A program made the position numbers and the translations under genes. Shown here piece by piece: positions 35,508 to 44,605 of a DNA stretch of 64,000 bases (positions within the stretch are counted from its first letter, which is position 1; each line of letters starts with the position of its first letter). The DNA comes from Candidatus Woesebacteria bacterium (lineage in GTDB: Bacteria; Patescibacteriota; Microgenomatia; UBA8517). The DNA lies in contig CP066693.1 of the NCBI GenBank assembly GCA_016432525.1, positions 482,732 through 546,731 of the forward strand. The letters are read 5' to 3'. The notes below the pieces were generated by a model. That model had not been told where the DNA came from and made no database searches. It worked only from the letters and a program-made list of their open reading frames with translations.

Positions 35508-36248
35508 CTATTTTTTAGCTACTATCAAAACATCTAATGGAAACTCTGTATTTTTATCACCCACAAAATGTCTTATTCCTATTGCTATTAGATTTAAAAA
35601 AGGTGTGGCGATAAGACCAAAAAACAAAAGAAATAAAGAAAACACTTTCGAAAATCTATTTTTTCGAGAAATACTATTCACATTTTTGAAATAAAAAACC
35701 AAAAATGATTGAATCCAAAAATCAAAGAAGGATCCTTGATATTCTGACTTTGAAATTCTGAATTTTGCATCTTTTAAAAACATCTCTAGCCTCGGTTTTG
35801 TAAATCTATTCTTGTCTAAATTACCATCATGTATTGGATACATAAAAGGAGTTGTCAAAATTATTGATCCTCCCTTTTTTAATACCCTAAAAGCTTCATT
35901 AAAGGCCAACTGTGGTTCATCTAGATATTCTAATACTTGAAGCATAGCGGCAATATCAAAGCTCTCTTTTTTAAAAGGTAGACTATTGGCATCAGCATAG
36001 AAATCAGGTTTTTGTGAAGATTTATACAATTTAGATGTTTTTGGGTGATCAACTCCAGTGTAAGATTTTATATATTTTAATAAATAATCTTTGTAAGGAG
36101 CCCTCCCTGATCCTATATCCAAAACAGCAACCTCACCTCTTTTTTTAATTTCTAAAACTCCTGCCCATGCAAAAGATAGTATAATAAATTGAGGATGAAA
36201 AATAGTTCTTCCAAAAATCTCAGTAAATCTAACCCAATAATTTTTCAT
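35508..36248 (-). CDS. Class I SAM-dependent methyltransferase with a C-terminal membrane anchor.
   Basis: Motif I VLDIGSGRAPY. Other matches: FDIAAMLQVLEYLDEP and LKKGGSIILTTP. Two C-terminal TM helices. Confidence 0.65.
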   Translation of the reverse strand: MKNYWVRFTEIFGRTIFHPQFIILSFAWAGVLEIKKRGEVAVLDIGSGRAPYKDYLLKYIKSYTGVDHPKTSKLYKSSQKPDFYADANSLPFKKESFDIAAMLQVLEYLDEPQLAFNEAFRVLKKGGSIILTTPFMYPIHDGNLDKNRFTKPRLEMFLKDAKFRISKSEYQGSFFDFWIQSFLVFYFKNVNSISRKNRFSKVFSLFLLFFGLIATPFLNLIAIGIRHFVGDKNTEFPLDVLIVAKK

Positions 36249-37045
36249 TTTGAAAAACCCCTAGCTATTTGAGACATAGTTTTTATTTCTAATAAATTTT
36301 TGTCTCTTTTAGATTTTGCATATTTTAAAATATTCTCAAATTCTCTAAAAAGAGACTTCTCATTATCAGCAAAATCAACAGGATGGAACCATAAATGAAA
36401 AATTTGACCTTTTGATATTGCCTTGTCAATTCCAGACTTTGCCCTTCTTAATCGCAATCCATAAGGAATATATTTTCGTACTCCTCGGGCGGAAACAAAA
36501 TACATCGAACCAGGAATATTTATAAGCCCTTTATCTTTTATAGGATTACTTGTTCTAGGCGGAATATTAAGTAATAGGTTGATTAATTGGATAATATGTT
36601 TAGTCGTATTAGTTTCATCAGGACCTCTATATGCTTTAAATCCACTTTTTTTAAGCAAATCTAAATAAGCAATGTGATTTCTGGGGAATATAAAGCTAAA
36701 AGCTCTTGGCTTTTTAAATTCTTGTTTTGCTTTTTTGCGGGATATCTTAGTAAAGTCTTCATGGGAATAGGAATGACTTGCAAGTTCGTGGATTCTCTTT
36801 TTCTTTATCATTTCTACGATGTCTTTGCCACACCAAAATTCATCTCCTTTTTCATACAATTTTCCAACAATTGCCCAAGTGGTATTAATATTATATTTGC
36901 TAAAAAGCGATAAAAGCTTTTTAATTATATCTCTTTCTTTTTTTGTTCTTTCTATAAATTTTGAATAATCAAGATCTTTTCGTCCCCAAAGTAGTTCCGT
37001 ATCAATTGATATGCAAAAAGTTCCGTTCATTTCTCTAATATCCAA
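36245..37045 (-). CDS. Polysaccharide deacetylase family protein (CE4 / NodB-homology).
   Basis: A divergent motif-1 region (CISIDTELLWG) and the His-His motif ASHSYSHED. It overlaps both flanking methyltransferase genes (4 nt and 19 nt). Confidence 0.5.
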   Translation of the reverse strand: MDIREMNGTFCISIDTELLWGRKDLDYSKFIERTKKERDIIKKLLSLFSKYNINTTWAIVGKLYEKGDEFWCGKDIVEMIKKKRIHELASHSYSHEDFTKISRKKAKQEFKKPRAFSFIFPRNHIAYLDLLKKSGFKAYRGPDETNTTKHIIQLINLLLNIPPRTSNPIKDKGLINIPGSMYFVSARGVRKYIPYGLRLRRAKSGIDKAISKGQIFHLWFHPVDFADNEKSLFREFENILKYAKSKRDKNLLEIKTMSQIARGFSK

Positions 37046-37749
37046 AAAAGAGTTGGAGCAAAATATTTAGCAATTGGGGCAAAAAGAAAAGAAAAAAAAG
37101 GGAGATTATATCCAAATTTCTTAGGAAAAAGCATTATGGCTACAGTATATTCATTAATCTCAAATTTTTTCAAAACATTTTTTAACTCCCAATAACTCAT
37201 AGGGTGTTCGTAATATTCATCTTTTCCACGAAAAATTTTTATATAAATATCTGCAAGTGGTTTGGGAAGATAAGATAAAAACAATAAATCATGATGTGCC
37301 TCCATAGGCCAAAGTTTGTTTTGAGCAGCAAGATAACAAACCCCATTTGGTTTTAATACTCTATAAATCTCAGAAAATAATTTTTTCGGGTCAGGAACAT
37401 GTTCATAAACATGGGTACAAATAACTATATCAAAACTACTTTTCTTAAAAGACAGCTTCATTGCGTCTTCTATTTCAAAACGAAGATTAGAAGACCTAAA
37501 TTTATTTTGCGCAAATTTTATTGCTTCTTTATCAATATCGGTACCTGTCACTTTCTTGAAATGTTTAGCCAAAACATTATCAATTATCCCAGTGGAAGCA
37601 CCAATATCTAAAACTTTCTTATATTTCAAATTATCATCCCCAAAAAAATCACCAAGTGTTTTAACAATTCTAAGTCCTTTCAACTCTCTTGATTTTCGGT
37701 CATACATTTGAGTCCTTTGAGATGCATAATTTTCTTGGTATCTTCTCAT
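37027..37749 (-). CDS. Class I SAM-dependent methyltransferase.
   Basis: Motif I VLDIGASTGII, then VTGTDID, FDIVICTHVYEHVPDP and LKPNGVCYL. Confidence 0.7.
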   Translation of the reverse strand: MRRYQENYASQRTQMYDRKSRELKGLRIVKTLGDFFGDDNLKYKKVLDIGASTGIIDNVLAKHFKKVTGTDIDKEAIKFAQNKFRSSNLRFEIEDAMKLSFKKSSFDIVICTHVYEHVPDPKKLFSEIYRVLKPNGVCYLAAQNKLWPMEAHHDLLFLSYLPKPLADIYIKIFRGKDEYYEHPMSYWELKNVLKKFEINEYTVAIMLFPKKFGYNLPFFSFLFAPIAKYFAPTLFWILEK

Positions 37750-37811
37750 GATTATGGGTAATTATATACTGTTTTGTGTGATAAAATACATAAGTTTGTT
37801 TTATGTAGTTT
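37750..37811. promoter_or_regulatory. Divergent promoter region between the minus-strand methyltransferase (37749) and the plus-strand GT4 (37812).
   Basis: This 62-bp AT-rich spacer is the only sizeable non-coding gap between divergent genes. It contains a TGTGATAAAAT extended -10-like element. The call rests on position only; the genome is AT-rich, so such hexamers occur by chance. Confidence 0.25.
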
Positions 37812-38963
37812 ATGAGAATTGGCATTATTACTCACAATTATCCAAGTAACTCCAAAGAAAGGAAAGATGCTGGCACTTTTGTATACGATTTTGCTATGAA
37901 CTTGATAAGTAAAGGTTGCGAAGTATACATATTAAGTCCTAATTTTAAAGGTAAAAAAGAGAATTACACAAAAGCACCAGTCACTTGGTTTACCTGGCTA
38001 GGTGGAAAGAAAAAACTAGGAGATCTTTCTTTAACAAATCCAACACATCTTCTATATCTTGCTGATTTAATGATTCGAGGACCAATAGCAACAATTAAAT
38101 TTGTCAAAAAAAATAAGATAGATTTTTGTATCTGTATGTGGGCTTATCCATCTGGTTTTTTTACAATTGTCGCTAAAAAATTCACAAAAGTCCCTTATGG
38201 AATTATTACTCTTGGATCCGATATTTTCGTCTATACAAAATTTCTTCCTGCTAAATACTTAATTTCTTACATTTGTAAAAATGCAGACGCTTTATTTGGT
38301 AATAGTTACAGAATTTGTGATGCCGTAGAGAACCTTAGCAAGAAGAAATGTGAATTTTTAGCACTTTCAACTTCTTTAAAAATCAAAATACCCAAAAACT
38401 TAAAAATAAAGAATAAAAAATTTACCTTTCTTTTTGTTGGAAGGTTAGAAAAGGTAAAGGGACCTGATATTTTAATAGAATCAGCCAAAATCCTGAAAAA
38501 ACAAAAAATAAAATTTGAAATCCTAATGGTTGGTCCAGGAACAATGTATGAATTTTTGAAAGAAAAAATAAATCAATATAAGTTACAAGATTATGTAAAG
38601 TTATTAGGACCGATATTTAATCGAAAAAAATTATCAAATCTTTTTCTAACAACGGACAGCTTGGTAATACCATCAAGAAGTGAAAGTATGCCTTTTGTTT
38701 TAATTGAAGCAATATATGCAGGACTTCCAGCAGTAACAACAACCGTAGGGGATATGAAAAAAATGGTCAATAAATACAAAATCGGTTTTACAACAGATCC
38801 AGAAAACCCTAAAAAATTGGCTGTTGCCATGACAAGGGCCATTAAAGAAGGCAAAAATTTTAAAAATAGAAGAAAAAGAAATTTCGATAAACCAAGAAAA
38901 ATTTACGACACTGATGTGTCAATTAAAAGTTTCATTAAAAAAATAAATAAAGTACTAGAATGA
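37812..38963 (+). CDS. GT4 family glycosyltransferase (GT-B).
   Basis: FLFVGRLEKVKGPDILIESAKIL...PSRSESMPFVLIEAIYAGLPAVTTTVGDM. It is divergent from the methyltransferase at 37749. Confidence 0.65.
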   Translation: MRIGIITHNYPSNSKERKDAGTFVYDFAMNLISKGCEVYILSPNFKGKKENYTKAPVTWFTWLGGKKKLGDLSLTNPTHLLYLADLMIRGPIATIKFVKKNKIDFCICMWAYPSGFFTIVAKKFTKVPYGIITLGSDIFVYTKFLPAKYLISYICKNADALFGNSYRICDAVENLSKKKCEFLALSTSLKIKIPKNLKIKNKKFTFLFVGRLEKVKGPDILIESAKILKKQKIKFEILMVGPGTMYEFLKEKINQYKLQDYVKLLGPIFNRKKLSNLFLTTDSLVIPSRSESMPFVLIEAIYAGLPAVTTTVGDMKKMVNKYKIGFTTDPENPKKLAVAMTRAIKEGKNFKNRRKRNFDKPRKIYDTDVSIKSFIKKINKVLE

Positions 38964-41023
38964 AAAAAATATCGTTTTTGATAGGACTTATTTTTTTTGT
39001 AATTGGAGTTATCACTTTACCTCATTACAACATTAATTTCGACGCCATAAATCACCTTTCTAGGGGGCAAGCTTATCTACATTATTTTCTGACAGGCAAA
39101 AAAGATTATTCTGATCTTCCATCATTTGTTCGCTATTTTCAAAACCCTGAAAACCTTTTTTTACAGTCAGATATTTCAAAGTCTCAAATTGTCAAAAGAA
39201 GCGTTTACCAGCACGACTCTACCACTTTTGATTATTTTATACAGAATGACGGCTACGGACATCCACCTTTAAGTGATATTTTTTCCTCTGTATTTAATTT
39301 TGTGTTTTTCCAGAAATTGGGAATCATAAATGACATTGATTCATATCATTTGTACGGAATATTTTTGGCAAGTATTTTAGTTGCATTGATTTTTAAATGG
39401 ACAGCAAAAACATACTCTAAATTTGCTGGTATTATAGCCTCATTATCCTTGTCGTTGTATCCACTTTTCTTTTCTCAATCACATTTCAACACAGAAAAAG
39501 ACGTACCAGAAACAGCCTTTATAGCCTTTTTTATCTATTCATTTTGGAAGGGGATTACCCAAAAAAGTACAAAATGGATTATTCTTTCTGGAATATTTTT
39601 AGGTTTTGGAGTTGGAACAAAGCTAAATATTGCATTTGTAATTTTTATAATTATGCCTTGGCTTATTTCCTTTATACTTTCCAATTTTCCTAAAAGAAAA
39701 TTCGCAATTAAATCTTTTGTCAAAAAAAATTTATCAATTTTAATTTCACTTTTTTTAATTCCTCTAATTGCTTTTTCGATCTTTTTAATAAGTTGGCCAT
39801 ATCTTTGGGGTGATCCAGTCGAAAATATTTCAAAAGTGATTTCCTTTTACAAAGAAATAGGATTATCACAGACAAGCCAACAGTTAATTCCAGTTGCGGG
39901 AGTAAATACTTTCGCAATCCAGAGTCTAATTTTTATAACTCCTTTGGTTATTTTATTTTTTGCGATTTTAGGAATTATTTTTGTCATCAAACGTATAAAA
40001 TCCGAGAAACAAAAAACTGGTTTTTTGTTTCTATTGTGGTTTGCAATTCCTATTCTTAGAGTAAGCATATCAGGCACAAATATCTATGGAGGCCTAAGGC
40101 AAATTATGGAATATATCCCAGCAATGGCAATACTGTCGGGTTTAGGGGCACAAACCATTGCTGAAAAAATTATTAAAAAATTTCATTTTAATAAAAATTT
40201 AGTATATTTCCTTTTAGTTCTATTCTTTGTTCCTCTTATTGCTAAATTTATAAAAATTCACCCAAACGAAAATCTTTACTACAATCCTTTGATTGGTGGT
40301 CTAGCAGGAGCTAAAGAGAGAAATTTTCCATATTGGGGAGAAACCTACGGCGAGACATATAGACAAGCCACTGTATGGTTTGCTAAAAATGCTTCCAAAA
40401 ACTCCAAATTGGTATTTGCATACGAGCTTATGCCAAATATTCCAATAATATTTTTAAGAACTGACATAAACTTCTCCAATACTTTTCGAAGTGGATATTT
40501 AATGAATGGAGAGTATGCAGTGACTTTAATAAGCCAAGGTGTGGATAAACGCTCTTATTACGATATGTATTTAGAAAATTTCTTAAATCCTGTATATAAA
40601 GTTACTGTTGATGGTGTAGATGTACTAAAACTCTGGAAAAACGATTCTAAGCATCTTAAAATGCCTTTAAAAGAGAATCTTGATAAAAGCCTAACTTACA
40701 AAATTAATAAAGATGGAATTTTATTACAAACAAAGACACTACAAAAACTATCTCGATTAGAGATTGATTATTTAGATAAAAATTGCCCTCCAAAACTTTC
40801 TTCGGGAGTTATAGAAATTTCAAAAGACAATCAAAATTGGGATCGTCTGCCAGGAGTTTTACCAGATGACTGGAGAATTACATCTCTTGGTGAACAGCCA
40901 TCTCACGGTAAATTTATAGAGCCTTTTGTGGGTCAGAACGCAAAATTTATCAAGCTTGAATTAACTCCATCAAATACTTGTTTAAAAAATATCAAATCGT
41001 CAAGGTTATATTATTTTGAATAA
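38960..41023 (+). CDS. PMT_2/ArnT-like GT-C membrane glycosyltransferase with a C-terminal beta-sandwich-like (carbohydrate-binding-like) domain.
   Basis: 687 aa. The N-terminal loop NINFDAINHLSRGQAYLHYF and the segment FDYFIQNDGYGHPPLSDIFSS are shared with 42506..44605 (INWDEPYHFNRGQAYLNYI; FDYIIKNDGYGHPPTNDILSS). About 12 TM helices, then a soluble tail of about 200 aa. Confidence 0.6.
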   Translation: MKKISFLIGLIFFVIGVITLPHYNINFDAINHLSRGQAYLHYFLTGKKDYSDLPSFVRYFQNPENLFLQSDISKSQIVKRSVYQHDSTTFDYFIQNDGYGHPPLSDIFSSVFNFVFFQKLGIINDIDSYHLYGIFLASILVALIFKWTAKTYSKFAGIIASLSLSLYPLFFSQSHFNTEKDVPETAFIAFFIYSFWKGITQKSTKWIILSGIFLGFGVGTKLNIAFVIFIIMPWLISFILSNFPKRKFAIKSFVKKNLSILISLFLIPLIAFSIFLISWPYLWGDPVENISKVISFYKEIGLSQTSQQLIPVAGVNTFAIQSLIFITPLVILFFAILGIIFVIKRIKSEKQKTGFLFLLWFAIPILRVSISGTNIYGGLRQIMEYIPAMAILSGLGAQTIAEKIIKKFHFNKNLVYFLLVLFFVPLIAKFIKIHPNENLYYNPLIGGLAGAKERNFPYWGETYGETYRQATVWFAKNASKNSKLVFAYELMPNIPIIFLRTDINFSNTFRSGYLMNGEYAVTLISQGVDKRSYYDMYLENFLNPVYKVTVDGVDVLKLWKNDSKHLKMPLKENLDKSLTYKINKDGILLQTKTLQKLSRLEIDYLDKNCPPKLSSGVIEISKDNQNWDRLPGVLPDDWRITSLGEQPSHGKFIEPFVGQNAKFIKLELTPSNTCLKNIKSSRLYYFE

Positions 41024-41040
41024 AACTGTTATATACTAAA

Positions 41041-41532
41041 TTGATGCGCAAATTCCAAAAGATTTTTATTTCATTATTATCAGTTTTGGTACTAGGACTA
41101 ATGATTTCATCTTCTCAAATCTATGCCCAGGAACTTAAATTTGAGGTCAACCATATAGCTAATGGCTTTGAGAAAATAGGAGAAAAGATCACTCTCTTTT
41201 TAAAATTTTCAAAAACTTCAAAGGTTGATTTTTATGAGTATCTCGCAGAGAAACGTTTAGCTGAAATTTCTTATGTTATTGAAGCAAATCAAATAGATTC
41301 TGTCGAGCCAACTGCTTCTAGGTATTCTACATATATTGGAGTACTAACAAATTATGTGGAAGCCAATAAAGTTACAAGTAAAAAAGGCGATCTTGTAAAA
41401 ATGTTTGAAAGACACTCCAAAATTTTAACAAACCTCCAAAGCAAATTTAAGCATGACTCTGGTTGGTGGTTAGCAATACAAAATGACATAAATAACACTA
41501 AAACTTTTTCTGAAAAAATAAAAACTTTATAA
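41041..41532 (+). CDS. Small secreted protein. It has a signal peptide and is a paralog of 34998..35507.
   Basis: Signal peptide ISLLSVLVLGLMISSSQIYA-QE and a helical, Lys-rich body. Confidence 0.4.
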   Translation: MMRKFQKIFISLLSVLVLGLMISSSQIYAQELKFEVNHIANGFEKIGEKITLFLKFSKTSKVDFYEYLAEKRLAEISYVIEANQIDSVEPTASRYSTYIGVLTNYVEANKVTSKKGDLVKMFERHSKILTNLQSKFKHDSGWWLAIQNDINNTKTFSEKIKTL

Positions 41533-41533
41533 T

Positions 41534-42472
41534 CTATTTTTTCTCCAACAAATAAACTGTTTCTCCCCTCCCAAAAATTAAAAAAATAATTTGATATAAA
41601 AAAGTGACAACTGGGTTAAGGTTTAGGCTTATATTAATATCTCTTTTATTTTGACCAAAAATCTTTTTAGCAACTTTTAGTCCAAAAGAAATTAATCCCT
41701 TTCTTCTAAAATAATAATCCTTACCCTCAGTTCCGTAATTTATCATGAGCTTTAAACTAAGCGGAGGCACTACACCAGTAATTTTAAGATTCTTTCTGTA
41801 AGACCACTGAATTATCTTTTCTATGCTATATGTCGTCACTTGTGGGTTTATATATGCATCATAAACAAAAGCTTTACTTTTTCCTTTACCAAGATCTAAG
41901 AGTCTAACCAAAAACATCCTAATCGAAATATTTTTGCCGGAAAGAAAATCTAAAATCCAAAGTTGACACTTATAGAAAAACAGTCCATAGGAATTGTAAA
42001 GCATTATTATCATTTTTCCTCTCTTGGTTAGTTTGGTTGATAAGATACTAAATCCTTTTCTGGGATTCGAAAGATGATGTATCACTCCACAACTGTAGAC
42101 TAAATCAAATTTTCTCGAAAGATTCGGCAAATCATCAATAATTGAACACTTTAAAATTTTTACATTTTTAACTCTAGCTTTTTTGATATTTTGTAAAGCT
42201 ATAGAAATTGAAGCATTAGAAATATCGACTCCTAATATTTTTGATTTAGGGTAGATTCTCGAAAGTGCTATTACTTCCTCACCAGTTCCACAACCAGCAC
42301 ATAAAATTGCCTTTGGATGTTTAGATATGAGTTCGTTAGATAAAAAATCAAGATTTAATTTTGTCCATTTGACAATCCGATCTAGCTCTTTGTTAAAATT
42401 TTTAGCCTTTCGTAAACTATCAGGAAAAGGTGCATCTTCATAACAATGTTTTACTTTTTGCTCTAAACTCAT
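41534..42472 (-). CDS. Class I SAM-dependent methyltransferase.
   Basis: Motif I ILCAGCGTGEE, then ILGVDIS, FDLVYSCGVIHHLSNP and LTKRGKMII. I place the start at ATG (MSLEQKVKH). The longer track ORF to 42496 starts at a TTG. Confidence 0.65.
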   Translation of the reverse strand: MSLEQKVKHCYEDAPFPDSLRKAKNFNKELDRIVKWTKLNLDFLSNELISKHPKAILCAGCGTGEEVIALSRIYPKSKILGVDISNASISIALQNIKKARVKNVKILKCSIIDDLPNLSRKFDLVYSCGVIHHLSNPRKGFSILSTKLTKRGKMIIMLYNSYGLFFYKCQLWILDFLSGKNISIRMFLVRLLDLGKGKSKAFVYDAYINPQVTTYSIEKIIQWSYRKNLKITGVVPPLSLKLMINYGTEGKDYYFRRKGLISFGLKVAKKIFGQNKRDINISLNLNPVVTFLYQIIFLIFGRGETVYLLEKK

Positions 42473-42505
42473 AGTATAAACTGAATTATAATACAATATC
42501 TAAAA

Positions 42506-44605
42506 ATGGTGCGAAGCAAATTTCTCAAAATATTTCTGGTTACATTTATACCCTTAACATTCTTAGTAACTGCTGTAATCACACTACCTGACTATGGAAT
42601 TAATTGGGACGAACCTTATCATTTTAATAGAGGTCAAGCATACTTAAATTATATTTTATTTGGTTGGCATAATTATCTGAATATACCAGCCTTTCCAAAA
42701 CCAAAAGGGGATTCAGATTTTGTAAGTAAAACAGGGGAGCAGGATATATCAGTAAATGCAAAAACTAGTACAATTGCCGCAAATCCTTCTTACCGAAGAA
42801 GCTATTTTATGTCAGATGTTTTCAATTTTGACTATATTATAAAAAACGATGGATATGGACATCCACCAACCAATGACATTCTTTCATCATTCACAAATTT
42901 TATCTTTTTTCACAAACTTGGAGTTTTAGGCGATATCGAATCTTATCATTTATTTGAAGTAATGGCAGGATTTACCCTTGTTCTAATAGTTGCAATTTTT
43001 TGCTACCAAGAATTTGGTCTGCTTACCTCCATTACAGCGTCATTTGCTTTATCTTCATATCCACTCTTTTTTTCTGAATCTCACTTTAATATTAAAGACC
43101 CTCCCCAGGCATCTTTCTATGGAATAGCAATTATTCTATTTTATTTAGGGATCAAAAAAAATAAATGGTGGCTAATTTTGGTATCAGCAATAAGCGCTGG
43201 ACTTGCATTGGGGACCAAATTCAATATTGTTTTTATGCCTTTTATTGTGGGTCCTTGGTTTTTGGTATTTCTGAAAAAAAATTTCAAAAAGTTCTTTTCT
43301 AACAAAAAACTAATTATTAGTTTAATTTTATATCCTGCAATTATTTTTTTTATTTTTTTTATTTTTTGGCCCTATTTATGGAGTGATCCAATCAATCATT
43401 TTGGCCAAGTTCTAAAGTTCTACGAAGATGTTGGTACATCATCAACTGGAGAGTTAACAAACTACATTTATCATGGGTTTAATTTTTTTGCGCCTTTTTG
43501 GATTGCAGTAACAACTCCGATTCCAATTTTATTTTTGACTCTTGTTGGCATTGTCTCATCTTTTTTTCAGTTTTTTAAACTAAAAAAAGATGTATATCTT
43601 CTGCTTGTAATATGGTTTTTCGTGCCGATCACAAGAGTTGTTGTTCCTGGTACGACGATCTTTAGTGGTGTAAGACATATCCTTGAATTTTTACCAGCAA
43701 TGGCAATCCTTGCAGGGATGGGTACTTTAACCATATACAAACTGGCTTTTAAATTACAATCTAAAATTCTTATTATTGCTATTTTCTTAGTTTCTTTTTC
43801 TTTTGTTATTTGGGAAGTAGCACGTCTTCATCCTAACGAAAATGTATATTTTAATCAGTTAGTAGGAGGGCTAAATGGTGCAATGGAAAAGGATATTCCT
43901 TTTTGGGGATATAACTATGGAAATGTTTACCTTCAAGGGATCCAGTATCTTAACAAAAATGCTCAAGCCAATGCGAAACTGGGTTTAGCCATACTCAATA
44001 TGGTTAATGTTCCTCGCCCAAAATTAAGATTGGATATTGATTTTTCTAACGCCTATCCAAGTGCGTTCGCTCATAATGGTGAGTATGTAATGGAAATGTC
44101 GAATAATTTTGGACTTAAAAAAATTTACAGTTACCTTTATTACGAAACATATCTTAACCCAGTCTATATATTAAAAGTAGATGAGACACCACTCTTAACA
44201 ATTTGGAAAAACGATCCTAGTCACTTAAAAAAAGGGTTTGAGAAAGAAATAGAATATAAACCAGTAAGTCAAAGTATAAATAAAAGTGTTTTAACTATCG
44301 ATTTTGGCAAAGAAATATATTTAACAAAAATCAAAATTGCTCACTCAAGCCAAGATTGCGATATTCAAAAAGGTGGTTACGTAATGCTTTCGTCTGACCA
44401 AAAAAACTGGAAGCAAGAGCCCGAAACAATCGATTATCCTCAAATACCTATCAAATGGCTCGGTGAAGATAATAATCATTTTGTATTTCTTTTCGTTGCC
44501 AAAAAAGCAAGGTTTTTATATTTAGATACCCAAATGGAAAATTCGTGCATATTGAAAAACCCAATAATTAGTCTATTTGGTCTACTTAAATTTCCTCTAG
44601 AATAA
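42506..44605 (+). CDS. PMT_2/ArnT-like GT-C membrane glycosyltransferase with a C-terminal soluble domain. It is a paralog of 38960..41023.
   Basis: 699 aa. It has the DE loop motif (GINWDEPYHF). It is collinear with 38960..41023 throughout (PGTTIFSGVRHILEFLPAMAILAG vs SGTNIYGGLRQIMEYIPAMAILSG; HPNENVYFNQLVGGL vs HPNENLYYNPLIGGL). Confidence 0.6.
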   Translation: MVRSKFLKIFLVTFIPLTFLVTAVITLPDYGINWDEPYHFNRGQAYLNYILFGWHNYLNIPAFPKPKGDSDFVSKTGEQDISVNAKTSTIAANPSYRRSYFMSDVFNFDYIIKNDGYGHPPTNDILSSFTNFIFFHKLGVLGDIESYHLFEVMAGFTLVLIVAIFCYQEFGLLTSITASFALSSYPLFFSESHFNIKDPPQASFYGIAIILFYLGIKKNKWWLILVSAISAGLALGTKFNIVFMPFIVGPWFLVFLKKNFKKFFSNKKLIISLILYPAIIFFIFFIFWPYLWSDPINHFGQVLKFYEDVGTSSTGELTNYIYHGFNFFAPFWIAVTTPIPILFLTLVGIVSSFFQFFKLKKDVYLLLVIWFFVPITRVVVPGTTIFSGVRHILEFLPAMAILAGMGTLTIYKLAFKLQSKILIIAIFLVSFSFVIWEVARLHPNENVYFNQLVGGLNGAMEKDIPFWGYNYGNVYLQGIQYLNKNAQANAKLGLAILNMVNVPRPKLRLDIDFSNAYPSAFAHNGEYVMEMSNNFGLKKIYSYLYYETYLNPVYILKVDETPLLTIWKNDPSHLKKGFEKEIEYKPVSQSINKSVLTIDFGKEIYLTKIKIAHSSQDCDIQKGGYVMLSSDQKNWKQEPETIDYPQIPIKWLGEDNNHFVFLFVAKKARFLYLDTQMENSCILKNPIISLFGLLKFPLE

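Noticed and set aside
43325-43368. The poly-T run as an intrinsic terminator or regulatory U-tract.
   Set aside because: It lies inside an open reading frame that encodes a Phe/Ile-rich transmembrane helix, and no GC-rich stem precedes it.
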